From assembly GCA_041486775.1 (NCBI GenBank), contig JBGPMB010000002.1, positions 1 through 53,296 on the forward strand: a stretch of DNA of 53,296 nt. Reading direction: 5' to 3'. The notes under the pieces are model-generated. The model saw nothing but the letters and a program-made list of their open reading frames with translations, was not told the DNA's origin and did not search any database. Origin of the DNA: Candidatus Eiseniibacteriota bacterium (GTDB taxonomy: Bacteria; Eisenbacteria; RBG-16-71-46; SZUA-252). The first letter of the stretch is position 1. Every line of letters begins with the position of its first letter. The position numbers and the translations under genes are program-made. Positions 20,201 to 29,318 of the stretch are shown here, in pieces.

Positions 20201-21609
20201 CGCTTCCCTCGCGTCACCCGCGCGGACTTCCGCGCCGCCTTCTTCAAGCCGCCGCGCGCGGGCTCGGTGGCCGCGAGCCGCTCCAGGCACTCGCGGATCA
20301 AGTCCTCGAGCTTCGGCCGGCCGATCTCCTCCAGCTCGTAGCCCACGCGGACCGCGTGGCGCTTGATGCTCACGAGTTTTCGCAGGTCGATCGGCGTCGC
20401 GACCACGACGACATCGCACGGACAGGCGTTGATGGTCTTCTCCATGTCCCGGATCTGCTCCTTGGAATAACCCATGGCGGGGAGGAGCGCGCCGATGTTC
20501 GGGTACTGCTTGAAGACGTCCTTCATGCCCCCGACGAGCCAGGGCCTGGGATCCACGATCTCGCTCGCGCCGTGGCGGCGCGCCGCGACCACGCCCGCGC
20601 CGTATTTCATCTCGCCGTGGGTGAGCGTGGGTCCGTCCTCGATCACCAGCGCGCGCTGGCCCCGGATCCACTCCGGATGGTCCACCGTGATGGGGGACGC
20701 CGCGTCCACGATGACCGCGCGGGGATTGAGCTCCTGGACCGACCGGCGGACCGCCTCGATGTTCTCGTAGTCGGTGGTGGTCTCCTTGTTGATCACCACC
20801 ACGTCCGCCAGCCTCACGTTCGTTTCGCCCGGATGGTACGTGCGCTCGTGTCCGGGCCGGTGCGGATCCGCCACGACGATCTGGAGATCCGCCTTGAAGA
20901 AGGAAAGGTCGTTGTTCCCCCCGTCCCAGACGATGACGTCCGCTTCACGCTCGGCCTGGCGCAGGATCTCGGCATAGTCGACCCCCGCGTAGACAACGGT
21001 GCCACGATCCAGATGCGGCTCGTACTCCTCCCGCTCCTCGATCGTGCACTTGTGGCGGTCCAGGTCGGCGTAGGTCCCGAAGCGCTGCACCGCTTGGCGG
21101 GAGAGGTCGCCGTAGGGCATCGGGTGGCGGACCGCGACGACCCGCTTCCCCATCGCCTTCAGCACCTCGCACACCTTGCGCGTGGTCTGACTCTTGCCTG
21201 AACCGGTGCGCACGGCGTTCACGGCGACGACCGGGGTGCGGCTTCGGAGCTGTGTCGTCTTCGGGCCCATGATCGTGAAGTCGCATCCCAGGCTCGCGAT
21301 CCAGGACGCCTTGTGCATGACGTACTCGTGGGAGACGTCGCTGTAGGCAAAGACCACTTCGTCCACGTCGTGGTCCCGGATCAAGCCCGGAAGGTCCTGC
21401 TCGGAAACGATCGGGATGCCCTTGGGGTAGCGTCCGCCGGCCAGCGAGGGCGGATAGCGGCGGTCATCGATGCCGGGGATCTGGGCGGAGGCCGTGAACG
21501 CCACCACCCGATACTCGGGGCGCCGCTTGAAGAACATGTTGAAGTTGTGAAAGTCCCGTCCGCCGGCGCCCATGATCACTACTCGTCTCGGATTCTTCAC
21601 TCGAGGCAC
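20197..21609 (-). CDS. COG2403-type predicted P-loop NTPase (cyclic 2,3-diphosphoglycerate synthetase-like family)
   Basis: 470 aa with a Rossmann-like N-terminus (VVIMGAGGRDFHNFN) and P-loop RTGSGKSQTT. Overall resemblance to the family annotated as cDPG synthetase or predicted GTPase is from memory, not searched. Confidence 0.55.
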   Translation of the reverse strand: MPRVKNPRRVVIMGAGGRDFHNFNMFFKRRPEYRVVAFTASAQIPGIDDRRYPPSLAGGRYPKGIPIVSEQDLPGLIRDHDVDEVVFAYSDVSHEYVMHKASWIASLGCDFTIMGPKTTQLRSRTPVVAVNAVRTGSGKSQTTRKVCEVLKAMGKRVVAVRHPMPYGDLSRQAVQRFGTYADLDRHKCTIEEREEYEPHLDRGTVVYAGVDYAEILRQAEREADVIVWDGGNNDLSFFKADLQIVVADPHRPGHERTYHPGETNVRLADVVVINKETTTDYENIEAVRRSVQELNPRAVIVDAASPITVDHPEWIRGQRALVIEDGPTLTHGEMKYGAGVVAARRHGASEIVDPRPWLVGGMKDVFKQYPNIGALLPAMGYSKEQIRDMEKTINACPCDVVVVATPIDLRKLVSIKRHAVRVGYELEEIGRPKLEDLIRECLERLAATEPARGGLKKAARKSARVTRGKR

Positions 21610-21739
21610 ACCTCCTTCAGGGGTTCGCGCAAGGCCGGCGCATCCAGTGAAATGCGGCGAAAGCTTCGAGCCGCTCGCCGCGGGTTCGGATGGCGCCGGT
21701 CAGGGTCGCTCTAGATGCACTACGTTGGGAAAACGCAAC

Positions 21740-21769
21740 AGCTTAGACGGTAAGGAGGGGCACTGTCAA
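21740..21769 (-). promoter_or_regulatory. sigma-70-like promoter for the COG2403-sucCD-ndk... run
   Basis: On the minus strand: TTGACA (21769..21764), 18-nt spacer, TAAGCT (21745..21740). It sits in the only >150-bp gap of the long co-directional run, and the -35 overlaps the hldC stop. Confidence 0.5.
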
Positions 21770-22245
21770 GGGGTGCGGGAGGAGCGGATCCGGTCGGCGA
21801 TCTCGGAGGAGGAGAAGCCGGGAACGAGCGGGATCACGTGGACTTGGCCTCCCGCGCGCTCGACCTCGGCCCTACCCACGACGCTCGCGGGGGTGTAGTC
21901 CCCGCCCTTGACCAGAATGTCGGGCAAGAGCTCCTGGATGAGCCGGAGCGGGGTGTCCTCGTCGAACAGCACGGCGTAATCCACGCTCGCGAGCGCCGCC
22001 ACGACCGTGGCGCGGGCCTGCTCCCCCTGGATCGGGCGGCCCGGGCCCTTGAGCGCGCCCACGGAGCGGTCGGAATTGAGCCCCACGAGGAGGTAGTGCC
22101 CCAGGCTCCGCGCGCGACGCAGGAGCTCGACGTGGCCGGGGTGGATGAGATCGAAGCACCCGTTCGTGAAGACGAATCGCCGCCCGAGGACGCGCGCGGC
22201 CGCGCGCCGGCGCTTCGCGTCCTCCAGCGAGAGGATCTCACCCAA
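21766..22245 (-). CDS. hldC: D-glycero-beta-D-manno-heptose 1-phosphate adenylyltransferase (RfaE domain II type)
   Basis: 159 aa with the FTNGCFDLIHPGHVELL nucleotidyltransferase HxGH motif and KGGDY. Confidence 0.8.
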   Translation of the reverse strand: MGEILSLEDAKRRRAAARVLGRRFVFTNGCFDLIHPGHVELLRRARSLGHYLLVGLNSDRSVGALKGPGRPIQGEQARATVVAALASVDYAVLFDEDTPLRLIQELLPDILVKGGDYTPASVVGRAEVERAGGQVHVIPLVPGFSSSEIADRIRSSRTP

Positions 22246-23200
22246 CGGGCAGGTCCTCCAGCGACTCGACCAGCATGGCGGCCGAGGCCGTCGCGGTCCC
22301 CAGCTCCGCCACCACCAGGCCCGCCGCGTGGTTAGCCAGCACGCACGCCTCGGGCAGGGGCGTGCGGGCGGCGAGGCCGACCGCGATCGTCGCCACCACG
22401 GTGTCTCCCGCGCCGGTCACGTCGTAGACGCGGCGCGCGCGGGTGGGAAAGTGGGTATGCCCGTCCGTGGTGAAGAGCGACATGCCCTCTTCGCCGCGGG
22501 TGATCAGCACCGCTCCGGCGTCGAGCTTCTGGCGAAGGCCGAAGCCCGCTTCGGTCAGGTCCTCTTGGCTTCGAATCCTCTTCCCCCAGGCCTGCGAGGC
22601 CTCCGCGAGGTTGGGGGTGATCACCGTGACGCCGCGGTAGCGCTGGAAGTGCTCCTCCTTCGGATCCACGGCGCTCGGGATGCGGCGGCTCGCAAGCTCG
22701 GGAAGGAGCCGGTCCAGGAGCGCGGGGGAGATCACGCCTTTCCCGTAATCCGAGATCAGCACCGCCTCCGCGTCCGTCAGGGCGCGCTCCACGCGGCGCC
22801 ACAGCTCCTCCACCACCTCCGGCGAGAGCGCCTCGCGCGTCTCCTCGTCGGCGCGCAGCACTTGCTGGTGATGGGCGATGATCCGGGTCTTCAAGGTGGT
22901 GCGCCGGCCGGGGTCGCGCAGGATGCCTGCCTCCGCGTCCACCTCGCGCGCGTCCAGCTCCCGCTTCAGGCTCTGCTCGGCGGCGTCCAATCCGACCACC
23001 CCGACCAGCGTCGGCACGGCGCCCAGCGCCCGGACGTTCTGCGCCACGTTGGCGGCACCCCCCAGGCGCAGCTCCTCGCGGTCCACGTCCACCACGAGCA
23101 CCGGCGCCTCGGGGGAGACGCGGGTCGCGCGGCCCCAGAGATAGCGGTCCAGGATCACGTCGCCGATCACGAGGACCCGCCGGCCGCGGAAGCTCTCCAC
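22238..23200 (-). CDS. hldA: D-glycero-beta-D-manno-heptose 7-phosphate kinase (RfaE domain I type)
   Basis: pfkB family with VLVIGDVILDRYLWG, SPEAPVLVV and DVTGAGDT motifs. The start is uncertain. I use GTG 23200; a CTG at 23275 overlapping the upstream stop is the only other candidate. Confidence 0.8.
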   Translation of the reverse strand: MESFRGRRVLVIGDVILDRYLWGRATRVSPEAPVLVVDVDREELRLGGAANVAQNVRALGAVPTLVGVVGLDAAEQSLKRELDAREVDAEAGILRDPGRRTTLKTRIIAHHQQVLRADEETREALSPEVVEELWRRVERALTDAEAVLISDYGKGVISPALLDRLLPELASRRIPSAVDPKEEHFQRYRGVTVITPNLAEASQAWGKRIRSQEDLTEAGFGLRQKLDAGAVLITRGEEGMSLFTTDGHTHFPTRARRVYDVTGAGDTVVATIAVGLAARTPLPEACVLANHAAGLVVAELGTATASAAMLVESLEDLPVG

Positions 23201-23271
23201 GCGGCGCGCGAGCGCTCCGCGCGTGAACGAAGGCGAGGGTCGCGAGGCGACGCCGGTCTTGCCCGCCGGGG

Positions 23272-23580
23272 TCAGGCCGTCTCCTCTCCCGGGCCCTTCT
23301 CGGGTGTGGCCGCCATGTATTCCTCGATGAGCGCGCGGGCGCGCGCGGCGTCCTTGCCCAGGACTTCGACCCGCCCCCAATATCCGTGGTGGAGCGTTTC
23401 CAGCGTGCTGAACCAGGCCATCTGAACCGGCGCCGCCGTGGCCTCGATTCCCTGGGCCTTCAGGAAGTCGCACAGGAGCATCGCCGCCGCCTCGTCCGGA
23501 ACTTCGCGCACGGAGACGAGGGGTTCCTGGTCCAGCCCTTCTCGCTCGCCCGGGTTCGAGGCTTCGTCTTCGGGTGTCAT
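23272..23580 (-). CDS. small DUF2007-like protein (putative signal-transducing fold)
   Basis: 102 aa. The pattern AAAMLLCDFLKAQGIEA...GRVEVLGKDAARARALIEE resembles DUF2007. It is translationally coupled (ATGA) to galE. Confidence 0.45.
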   Translation of the reverse strand: MTPEDEASNPGEREGLDQEPLVSVREVPDEAAAMLLCDFLKAQGIEATAAPVQMAWFSTLETLHHGYWGRVEVLGKDAARARALIEEYMAATPEKGPGEETA

Positions 23581-24560
23581 TCCTTGTATCCCTCCGGATG
23601 GCGCGCGCGCCAGTCGGTGGCCGTCTCGAGGATGGCGCGCAAGTCCGTGAACTGCGGCTCCCAGCCTAGCACGCGACGCGCTTCCTCCGAGGAGGCAATC
23701 AACACGGGGGGATCCCCCGCCCGCCGGGGGGCCTCCACGGTCGGCACGGGGCGTCCGGTGGCGAGGCCCACGGCCTCGACCATCTCGCGCACCGAGACCC
23801 CGCGTCCCGCGCCCAGGTTCAGGACGCGGCTCTCTCCCGCCTCGCTCAGGTGACGGAGCGCGCGCAGGTGCGCGTCGGCGATGTCGACCACGTGGATGTA
23901 GTCTCGGATCGCCGTCCCGTCGGGGGTCGGATAGTCGTGGCCGAAGACCGGCACCGCGCCGCGGATACCGAGCGCGGCGTCGATGAGGAGCGGGACCAGG
24001 TGGGTCTCGTTCCGGTGATCCTCCCCGTGGTCGATGCTCGCGCCCGCCACGTTGAAGTACCGGAGGGCGACGTAGCGGAGCCCGTCTTCCTTCGCGCGCT
24101 CTCCCAGCATCCGCTCGAAGCGAAGCTTCGTCGCCCCGTAGGGATTCGCCGGGCGAAGCGCGGAAGCCTCGGTGAGCGGCATCGGTGAAGCCGGGTCGTA
24201 CACGGCGGCCGAGGAGGAGAAGACGATGTCGCGGACGCCGTGGTCCCGCATGGCGTCCAGGAGGAGGGCGCCCTGCGCGACGTTCGCGTCCTCGTAGAGG
24301 TCCGGCTTCTCGATCGATTCCCCCACGAGCGATTTGGCCGCGAGGTGGACGACGCAGTCGATCTCCTTGGTCCGGAACGCCTCGTCCAGCTTCTCCCGGT
24401 CGCGGAGGCCGCCCCGGATCAGGAGCGCCAGGGGATGGACCGCGTCCCGATGCCCCGTCGAGAGGTCGTCGTAGACGATGGTCGAATGTCGCGCGCGCAC
24501 CAGCTCTTCCACGACGACGCTTCCGATGTAGCCGGCGCCGCCCACCACCAGCGCGTTCAC
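23577..24560 (-). CDS. galE: UDP-glucose 4-epimerase
   Basis: VVGGAGYIGS, YGATKL (YxxxK) and RYFNVAGA motifs. Confidence 0.85.
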   Translation of the reverse strand: MNALVVGGAGYIGSVVVEELVRARHSTIVYDDLSTGHRDAVHPLALLIRGGLRDREKLDEAFRTKEIDCVVHLAAKSLVGESIEKPDLYEDANVAQGALLLDAMRDHGVRDIVFSSSAAVYDPASPMPLTEASALRPANPYGATKLRFERMLGERAKEDGLRYVALRYFNVAGASIDHGEDHRNETHLVPLLIDAALGIRGAVPVFGHDYPTPDGTAIRDYIHVVDIADAHLRALRHLSEAGESRVLNLGAGRGVSVREMVEAVGLATGRPVPTVEAPRRAGDPPVLIASSEEARRVLGWEPQFTDLRAILETATDWRARHPEGYKE

Positions 24561-25270
24561 GAGATGGCGACGCTCCGTCGCAGCGCGCGCAGCGCCTCGG
24601 GCGGATCGCCGGAGCCGAAGATGGCGTGGCCCGCGATGAACGTGTCGGCCCCCGCGCGGGCCGCGCGGGCGGCCGTCTCGGGCTTAATCCCCCCGTCCAC
24701 GCCGAGGATGCAATCCAGGTTCCCGCGATCGATGGCCTCGCGGACGGCGGCGATCCGCTTCTCCGATCCCTCGAGGAAGGGCTGCCCTCCGCGCCCCGGC
24801 TCCACCGTCATCACGAGCGCGATGTCGCACTCCGGAAGCGCGTCGAGATAGCGCGGAAGCGGCGTCGCGGGCTTGACGGAGAGCCCGGCGCGCAGACCGC
24901 GCGCGCGGATCTCGCGCAGGGCACGCACCGGATCCTCGACCGCCTCGACGTGCACGATGAGGTGATCCGCCCCGGCCTTCGCGAATTCCTCGAGGTAACG
25001 CAGCGGCTCGACGATCATGAGATGGACGTCGAGCGGCAGCGAGGTGAGCCGGCGCATGGCGGAGACCAGGATGGGACCGAACGTGAGGCTGGGCACGAAC
25101 TGCCCGTCCATCACGTCCACGTGCAGAAAATCGGCTCCCGCGCGCGCGACGCTCGCGATCTCGTCGCCGAGGCGGGAGAAGTCAGCGGAGAGGACCGAAG
25201 GGCAGATGCGGTGCCGCCGCGGGCGCGCCCAGCGCCGGGCCAGGACCTCGGCCGAACGCGGCGCGGTCAC
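24557..25270 (-). CDS. rpe: ribulose-phosphate 3-epimerase
   Basis: CPSVLSADFSRLGDE, HVDVMDGQFVP and VDGGI motifs. Confidence 0.9.
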   Translation of the reverse strand: MTAPRSAEVLARRWARPRRHRICPSVLSADFSRLGDEIASVARAGADFLHVDVMDGQFVPSLTFGPILVSAMRRLTSLPLDVHLMIVEPLRYLEEFAKAGADHLIVHVEAVEDPVRALREIRARGLRAGLSVKPATPLPRYLDALPECDIALVMTVEPGRGGQPFLEGSEKRIAAVREAIDRGNLDCILGVDGGIKPETAARAARAGADTFIAGHAIFGSGDPPEALRALRRSVAIS

Positions 25271-26084
25271 GGGTGCTCGTAGAGCACGATCGAATCACGC
25301 GTGGAGACGCGATGCCCGGGCGAGGGCTCCTGGCCGGAGACCAGCCCCGCCTTCTGCTTCGTACCGCCCTCGCGGATCGAAACCGGGAATCCCTCCTCGC
25401 GGAGACTCCGGGCGACGTCGTCGAGCCCCCGCCCGGTGAGATCGGGGAGGAGATAGCTCTGCGGCCGAGGCCCCAGGCTGACGAGGAGGTTCACCACCGT
25501 GCCCTGCTCGACCAGGGTCTCGCCGGGCGGATCCGAGGCCACGACCAGGTCCTTGCTGGTCTCGTCGGTGTAGACCTTGGCAATCCGGCCGGCGCGAAGG
25601 CCCGAGCCTTCGAGCAGGAGCTGCGCCTGACGCGCCGTCGATCCCTCGAGGAGCGGAACGCTGGTGCCCTGCGCTCCCAGGCTCACGATGACCGAGATCC
25701 GGCGCCCCCGCTTGACGACGCCTCCTGCTTCCGGATCCTGGGAGATGACGAAGCCGCGCGGGACGTCGGGCTCCACTGCTCGGAGATCTTCGAGAGTTTG
25801 AGCTCCTGGGCCGCGAGCACGCGCTCCGCTTCGTTCTCGCTCTGCCCCGTCACCTCCGGAACCGTGACCTCCGCGCCCTGCCGCGTGAAGCTCGGCATGA
25901 GCACGAGATTCATGACGAGGAATCCTCCGAAGAGCGCGACCGCAGCGAGGAGAAGGGTGCCCGACCAGAAGGAAAAACGCGGGCCGCGGCGCCGCTCGGC
26001 CCCTGGCGGCGGCGGCACCGGGGGCGGGGTTGCGGGCGTTTCCTCTGCACTGGGCTCCACGCCGACTCCCATGGACTCGCTCAC
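25267..26084 (-). pseudogene. membrane-anchored triple-PASTA protein without kinase or PBP domain, reading frame broken by a 1-nt shift near 25774-25780
   Basis: The N-terminal part (track ORF 25683..26084) has a Pro-rich segment, a TM helix (GTLLLAAVALFGGFLVMNLVL) and the start of PASTA-1. The remainder (VEPDVPRGFVISQDPEAGG... plus two more PASTA units) continues in the frame of ORF 25267..26814. The span is 818 nt, which is 3n+2. Confidence 0.65.
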
Positions 26085-27457
26085 CGTTTGCGAAACCGGG
26101 CGGCGAAAACACCGTCCGTGCCGTTCCGTTGCGGCGTGGCGGTCCAGAACCTACCGCCCGAGCGGAACGCGGGCGGAAGATACCGGTCCGCAGGCTCGAC
26201 CTCGAACTCCGGATGGTCCTGAATGAAGGATTCCACGACTTCCACGGTCTCCTCAGGTTCCAAAGAGCAGACACTATACACCAAGACGCCGCCCCGCTTG
26301 ACGCGCGGGGCCGCGCCCTCGAGGAGCTTCGGCTGGAGCGCGGCCATCGTGAGCACGCTGGACTCCTCCTTGCGCCAGCGCGCGTCCGCCCGGCGCCGCA
26401 GCACGCCGAGTCCGGAGCAGGGCGCGTCGACCAGGACCCGGTCGAACTCCTCGCGAAAGGGAGGGTTTTGGCCGTCGCCGCAGACCACGAGGACGTTCCA
26501 GAGACCCATCCGCTCGAGGAGATTCGATCGAAGCGCCTTCGCGCGGCTTCGGTGCTTCTCGAGCGCGATGAGGCGCCCCTCCGGACCGACCGCCTCCGCG
26601 ATCTGTGCGCCCTTCCCTCCGGGCGCCGCGCAGAGGTCGAGCACCCGCTCCCCGCTCCTGGGATCGAGAATCGAGACCACGGAGGCCTCCGCCTCGTCCT
26701 GGAGCGAGATGAGCCCGTCGCGGAAGGCCGGGGATCGCGAGGGGACGAACCCGCCGCCCATGACCCACACGGGACCGCCGTTCTTCGCCGGCTCCATCGA
26801 AAGCCCCTCGGCACGAAGACGCTCGCGGATCTCTCCGGCGCTCGCGCGAGCGAGCGTGGGACGAACCGAGACCACCGGCTCTTCGTTGTCCACCGCGAGG
26901 AGCCGCGTCGCCTCCTCGATCCCCAGCCGCGCGATCCAGCGCTCCACGATCCAGCGCGGGTGGGAATACAGAACCGCCAGGTGATCCACCGGATGGAGCT
27001 CTGAATCCGGTAGAGGAGCCCGCTCGCCGCTCGCGAGTTTACGTAGGATGGCGTTCGCGAGGCCGGCCGTCCCCGGATGTCCGTACTTCTTGGCCAGCTT
27101 CACGCTCTCGTCGACGGCCGCCCGGGCGGGGATGCGGTCGAGGAAGAAAAGCTGGAAGGCCCCGAGCCGAAGCACTCCCTTGATCCAGGCGGGAAGGGGG
27201 GCCCAGTTCTCCCTCGCGAAGTGCGCGAGATGGTGATCCAGCGTGCCCCGGTGCCGCAGGGTTCCCTGGACCAAGGCGGTGACAAGGCGCGCGTCCTCCG
27301 GCGAGAGTTCGCTGTCGCGGAGCCTTCCTTCGAGCAGCCGGTCGGAGTACGCGCCGCGGCTTTCGGTCGCGACATAGATCTGGAGCGCCAGCTCCCGCGC
27401 CCCGATCGGCTTATTCGGCGCCCAGGGCTTTCGCCGCTTCGGCTTCTGGGTCGTCAC
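26081..27457 (-). CDS. rsmB: 16S rRNA (cytosine967-C5)-methyltransferase
   Basis: NusB-like N-terminal domain, DLCAAPGGK SAM motif and the DAPCSGLGVLRR catalytic Cys. GTG 27457 overlaps the fmt stop (GTGA); the upstream track extension is shadow. Confidence 0.85.
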   Translation of the reverse strand: MTTQKPKRRKPWAPNKPIGARELALQIYVATESRGAYSDRLLEGRLRDSELSPEDARLVTALVQGTLRHRGTLDHHLAHFARENWAPLPAWIKGVLRLGAFQLFFLDRIPARAAVDESVKLAKKYGHPGTAGLANAILRKLASGERAPLPDSELHPVDHLAVLYSHPRWIVERWIARLGIEEATRLLAVDNEEPVVSVRPTLARASAGEIRERLRAEGLSMEPAKNGGPVWVMGGGFVPSRSPAFRDGLISLQDEAEASVVSILDPRSGERVLDLCAAPGGKGAQIAEAVGPEGRLIALEKHRSRAKALRSNLLERMGLWNVLVVCGDGQNPPFREEFDRVLVDAPCSGLGVLRRRADARWRKEESSVLTMAALQPKLLEGAAPRVKRGGVLVYSVCSLEPEETVEVVESFIQDHPEFEVEPADRYLPPAFRSGGRFWTATPQRNGTDGVFAARFRKR

Positions 27458-28419
27458 GTGGTCCCGTCCGAGAGAAGGGGAAGCCTCGACCCCACGCTGA
27501 TCCGCGCCCCGTTCGCGTAGTCGGATCCACCCATCTCCTTCCGCCCCGCGGCGCGCACGCGGCGGAGCCACACCGATCCCTTCTCGAGGCGGAGCAACAG
27601 TCCACGTTCCCGATCCAGGGCGATCGCCACGCCCGCGCGCGCGGCGGGCGTCCCGGCGGGGGGGGCGCCGGGAGAGGCGGCCAGCACCTGCAGCGGGCCT
27701 CCTTCGGCGAGATCGAGGTAGGCGCCGGGTCTCGGCGCGAAGGCGCGAACGCGGCGCGTGAAGGCGACCGGGTCGAGAGAGAGGGAGAGCCGCGCGTCCT
27801 CGCGCCGCACCTTCGGCGCGTAGGTGGCCCGTGAGGAATCTTGAATGTCGCGCACCATCTCCCCGCGCTCGATCCGATCGAGCGTCTCGGAGAGACACCG
27901 CGCGCCGAGGAGGGACAACCGCTCGGTCAAGGTGCCCGCGTCTTCCTCGGGATGCACCGGGGTCCGCAGAGCCGCGAAGGTGGGCCCCTCGTCCAGCTTC
28001 TCGGTCATCCACATGGTGGTCACACCGGTCTCCTCGTCCCCCGCCAAGATCGCGGCCTGGATGGGAGACGCGCCGCGATGCCGCGGCAGAAGCGAGAAGT
28101 GGAGATTCAGGGCGCCGATGCGGGGAACGCGGAGGAGCTCGGGGCTCAGGATCTGGCCGTAGGCGGCGAGAAGAATGAGATCGGGGTTCAAAGCGCGGAG
28201 CTTCTCGATCTCCTCCGGCGCGCCCGCCCGCGCGGGGGTCGCGACCGGAAGCCCGCGCGATTCGGCGGCCGCGCGGACCGGGGAGGACGTGACTTCGAGG
28301 CCGCGTCCTCTCGGACGGTCCTGGCGCGTCACCACGAGCAAAGGCGACCTTCCTTCTTCCACGAGCCGCGCCAGCGCGGGCACCGCGAGGGCGGGCGTGC
28401 CGTAATACACGAGGCGCAC
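27454..28419 (-). CDS. fmt: methionyl-tRNA formyltransferase
   Basis: GTG 28419 gives (M)RLVYYGTPALAV. The LNLHFSLLPRHRGASPIQAAIL motif is present. Confidence 0.9.
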   Translation of the reverse strand: MRLVYYGTPALAVPALARLVEEGRSPLLVVTRQDRPRGRGLEVTSSPVRAAAESRGLPVATPARAGAPEEIEKLRALNPDLILLAAYGQILSPELLRVPRIGALNLHFSLLPRHRGASPIQAAILAGDEETGVTTMWMTEKLDEGPTFAALRTPVHPEEDAGTLTERLSLLGARCLSETLDRIERGEMVRDIQDSSRATYAPKVRREDARLSLSLDPVAFTRRVRAFAPRPGAYLDLAEGGPLQVLAASPGAPPAGTPAARAGVAIALDRERGLLLRLEKGSVWLRRVRAAGRKEMGGSDYANGARISVGSRLPLLSDGTT

Positions 28420-28427
28420 GGCGCCCG

Positions 28428-28982
28428 TCAGAAGGAGGGCGAAGCGGAAGCGTCGGAAGCGGACTTCTCCGAGTCGCCGGTCAGCATCCGCGCGAGCTTG
28501 GGTTCCAGGAGCTTTCGCCGGATCGCGCTCACCCGGTCGATGAAGAGAACTCCGTCCAGATGATCCAGCTCGTGCTGGAGCGCGCGGGAGAGAAGTCCTC
28601 CGGCGTGCACGGAGAAAGGCGCCCCGTTCTCGTCGAGCGCCTCGAAGGTGACCTCCGCGTGGCGCCTCACGTCGGCGTGGATGCCCGGAATGCTGAGGCA
28701 ACCCTCTTCCCCCACCACGCTTCCGCCCGAGCGCGCGACCTTCGGGTTCACCAGGGCGAGCTTGGCGCGCTCCCCTCCTTCCCCCTCGACGTCCACGACG
28801 AAGATGCGCTGCGAGATTCCGACCTGGGGCGCGGCGAGCCCGATGCCACGCTCGCGGTACATCGTGTCGAAGAGATCCGAGATCAGGTCGCGGACCTCAG
28901 GACCCACCGACGCGACCGGCTCGGCCTTCTTGCGGAGGACCGGATCGCCGTAGTAACGAAGCGGGAGCGGCTTTCTATCCAC
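28428..28982 (-). CDS. def: peptide deformylase
   Basis: GIGLAAPQ, EGCLSIPG and HELDHLDG motifs. Confidence 0.9.
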   Translation of the reverse strand: MDRKPLPLRYYGDPVLRKKAEPVASVGPEVRDLISDLFDTMYRERGIGLAAPQVGISQRIFVVDVEGEGGERAKLALVNPKVARSGGSVVGEEGCLSIPGIHADVRRHAEVTFEALDENGAPFSVHAGGLLSRALQHELDHLDGVLFIDRVSAIRRKLLEPKLARMLTGDSEKSASDASASPSF

Positions 28983-29301
28983 TGCGCTCCTTCACCTGGA
29001 TGATGGATTCGCGCGAAAACTCCAGCTTCACGTCCTCGGCCACCTTGAGCACCACGATACCTTCCTTCTCTCCGATGACCGTGCCGTAGAGACCCCCCGT
29101 GGTCAGCACCCGATCGCCCTTCTTGATGGAGGACCGCATGGCTTCGGTCTCCTTCTGCTTCTTCTGCTGGGGACGGATGATCATGAAGTAGACGATCCCC
29201 ACGGTCACGGCCAGGAGGCCGCCCATGTGGATCATCTGGTCCATCGCCGAAGGCGTCTCGGGTACGGCTCCGGCCGCCTGTGCGAATACAGCGTCGAGCA
29301 T
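28975..29301 (-). CDS. yajC: preprotein translocase subunit YajC
   Basis: 108 aa with one TM helix and the IIRPQQKKQKE...KGDRVLTTGGLYGTV motif. An AAGGAG Shine-Dalgarno lies 5 nt upstream. Confidence 0.85.
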   Translation of the reverse strand: MLDAVFAQAAGAVPETPSAMDQMIHMGGLLAVTVGIVYFMIIRPQQKKQKETEAMRSSIKKGDRVLTTGGLYGTVIGEKEGIVVLKVAEDVKLEFSRESIIQVKERSG

Positions 29302-29318
29302 GGATTCTCCTTAGGGAC

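Noticed and set aside
23272-28431. CTGA junctions at hldA (23272-23275) and fmt (28428-28431) as part of a systematic use of CTG initiation, like tgt.
   Set aside because: Both genes have in-frame GTG codons a little downstream that give normal-length N-termini. A C preceding TGA is expected by chance about a third of the time in this composition. Only tgt lacks any alternative.
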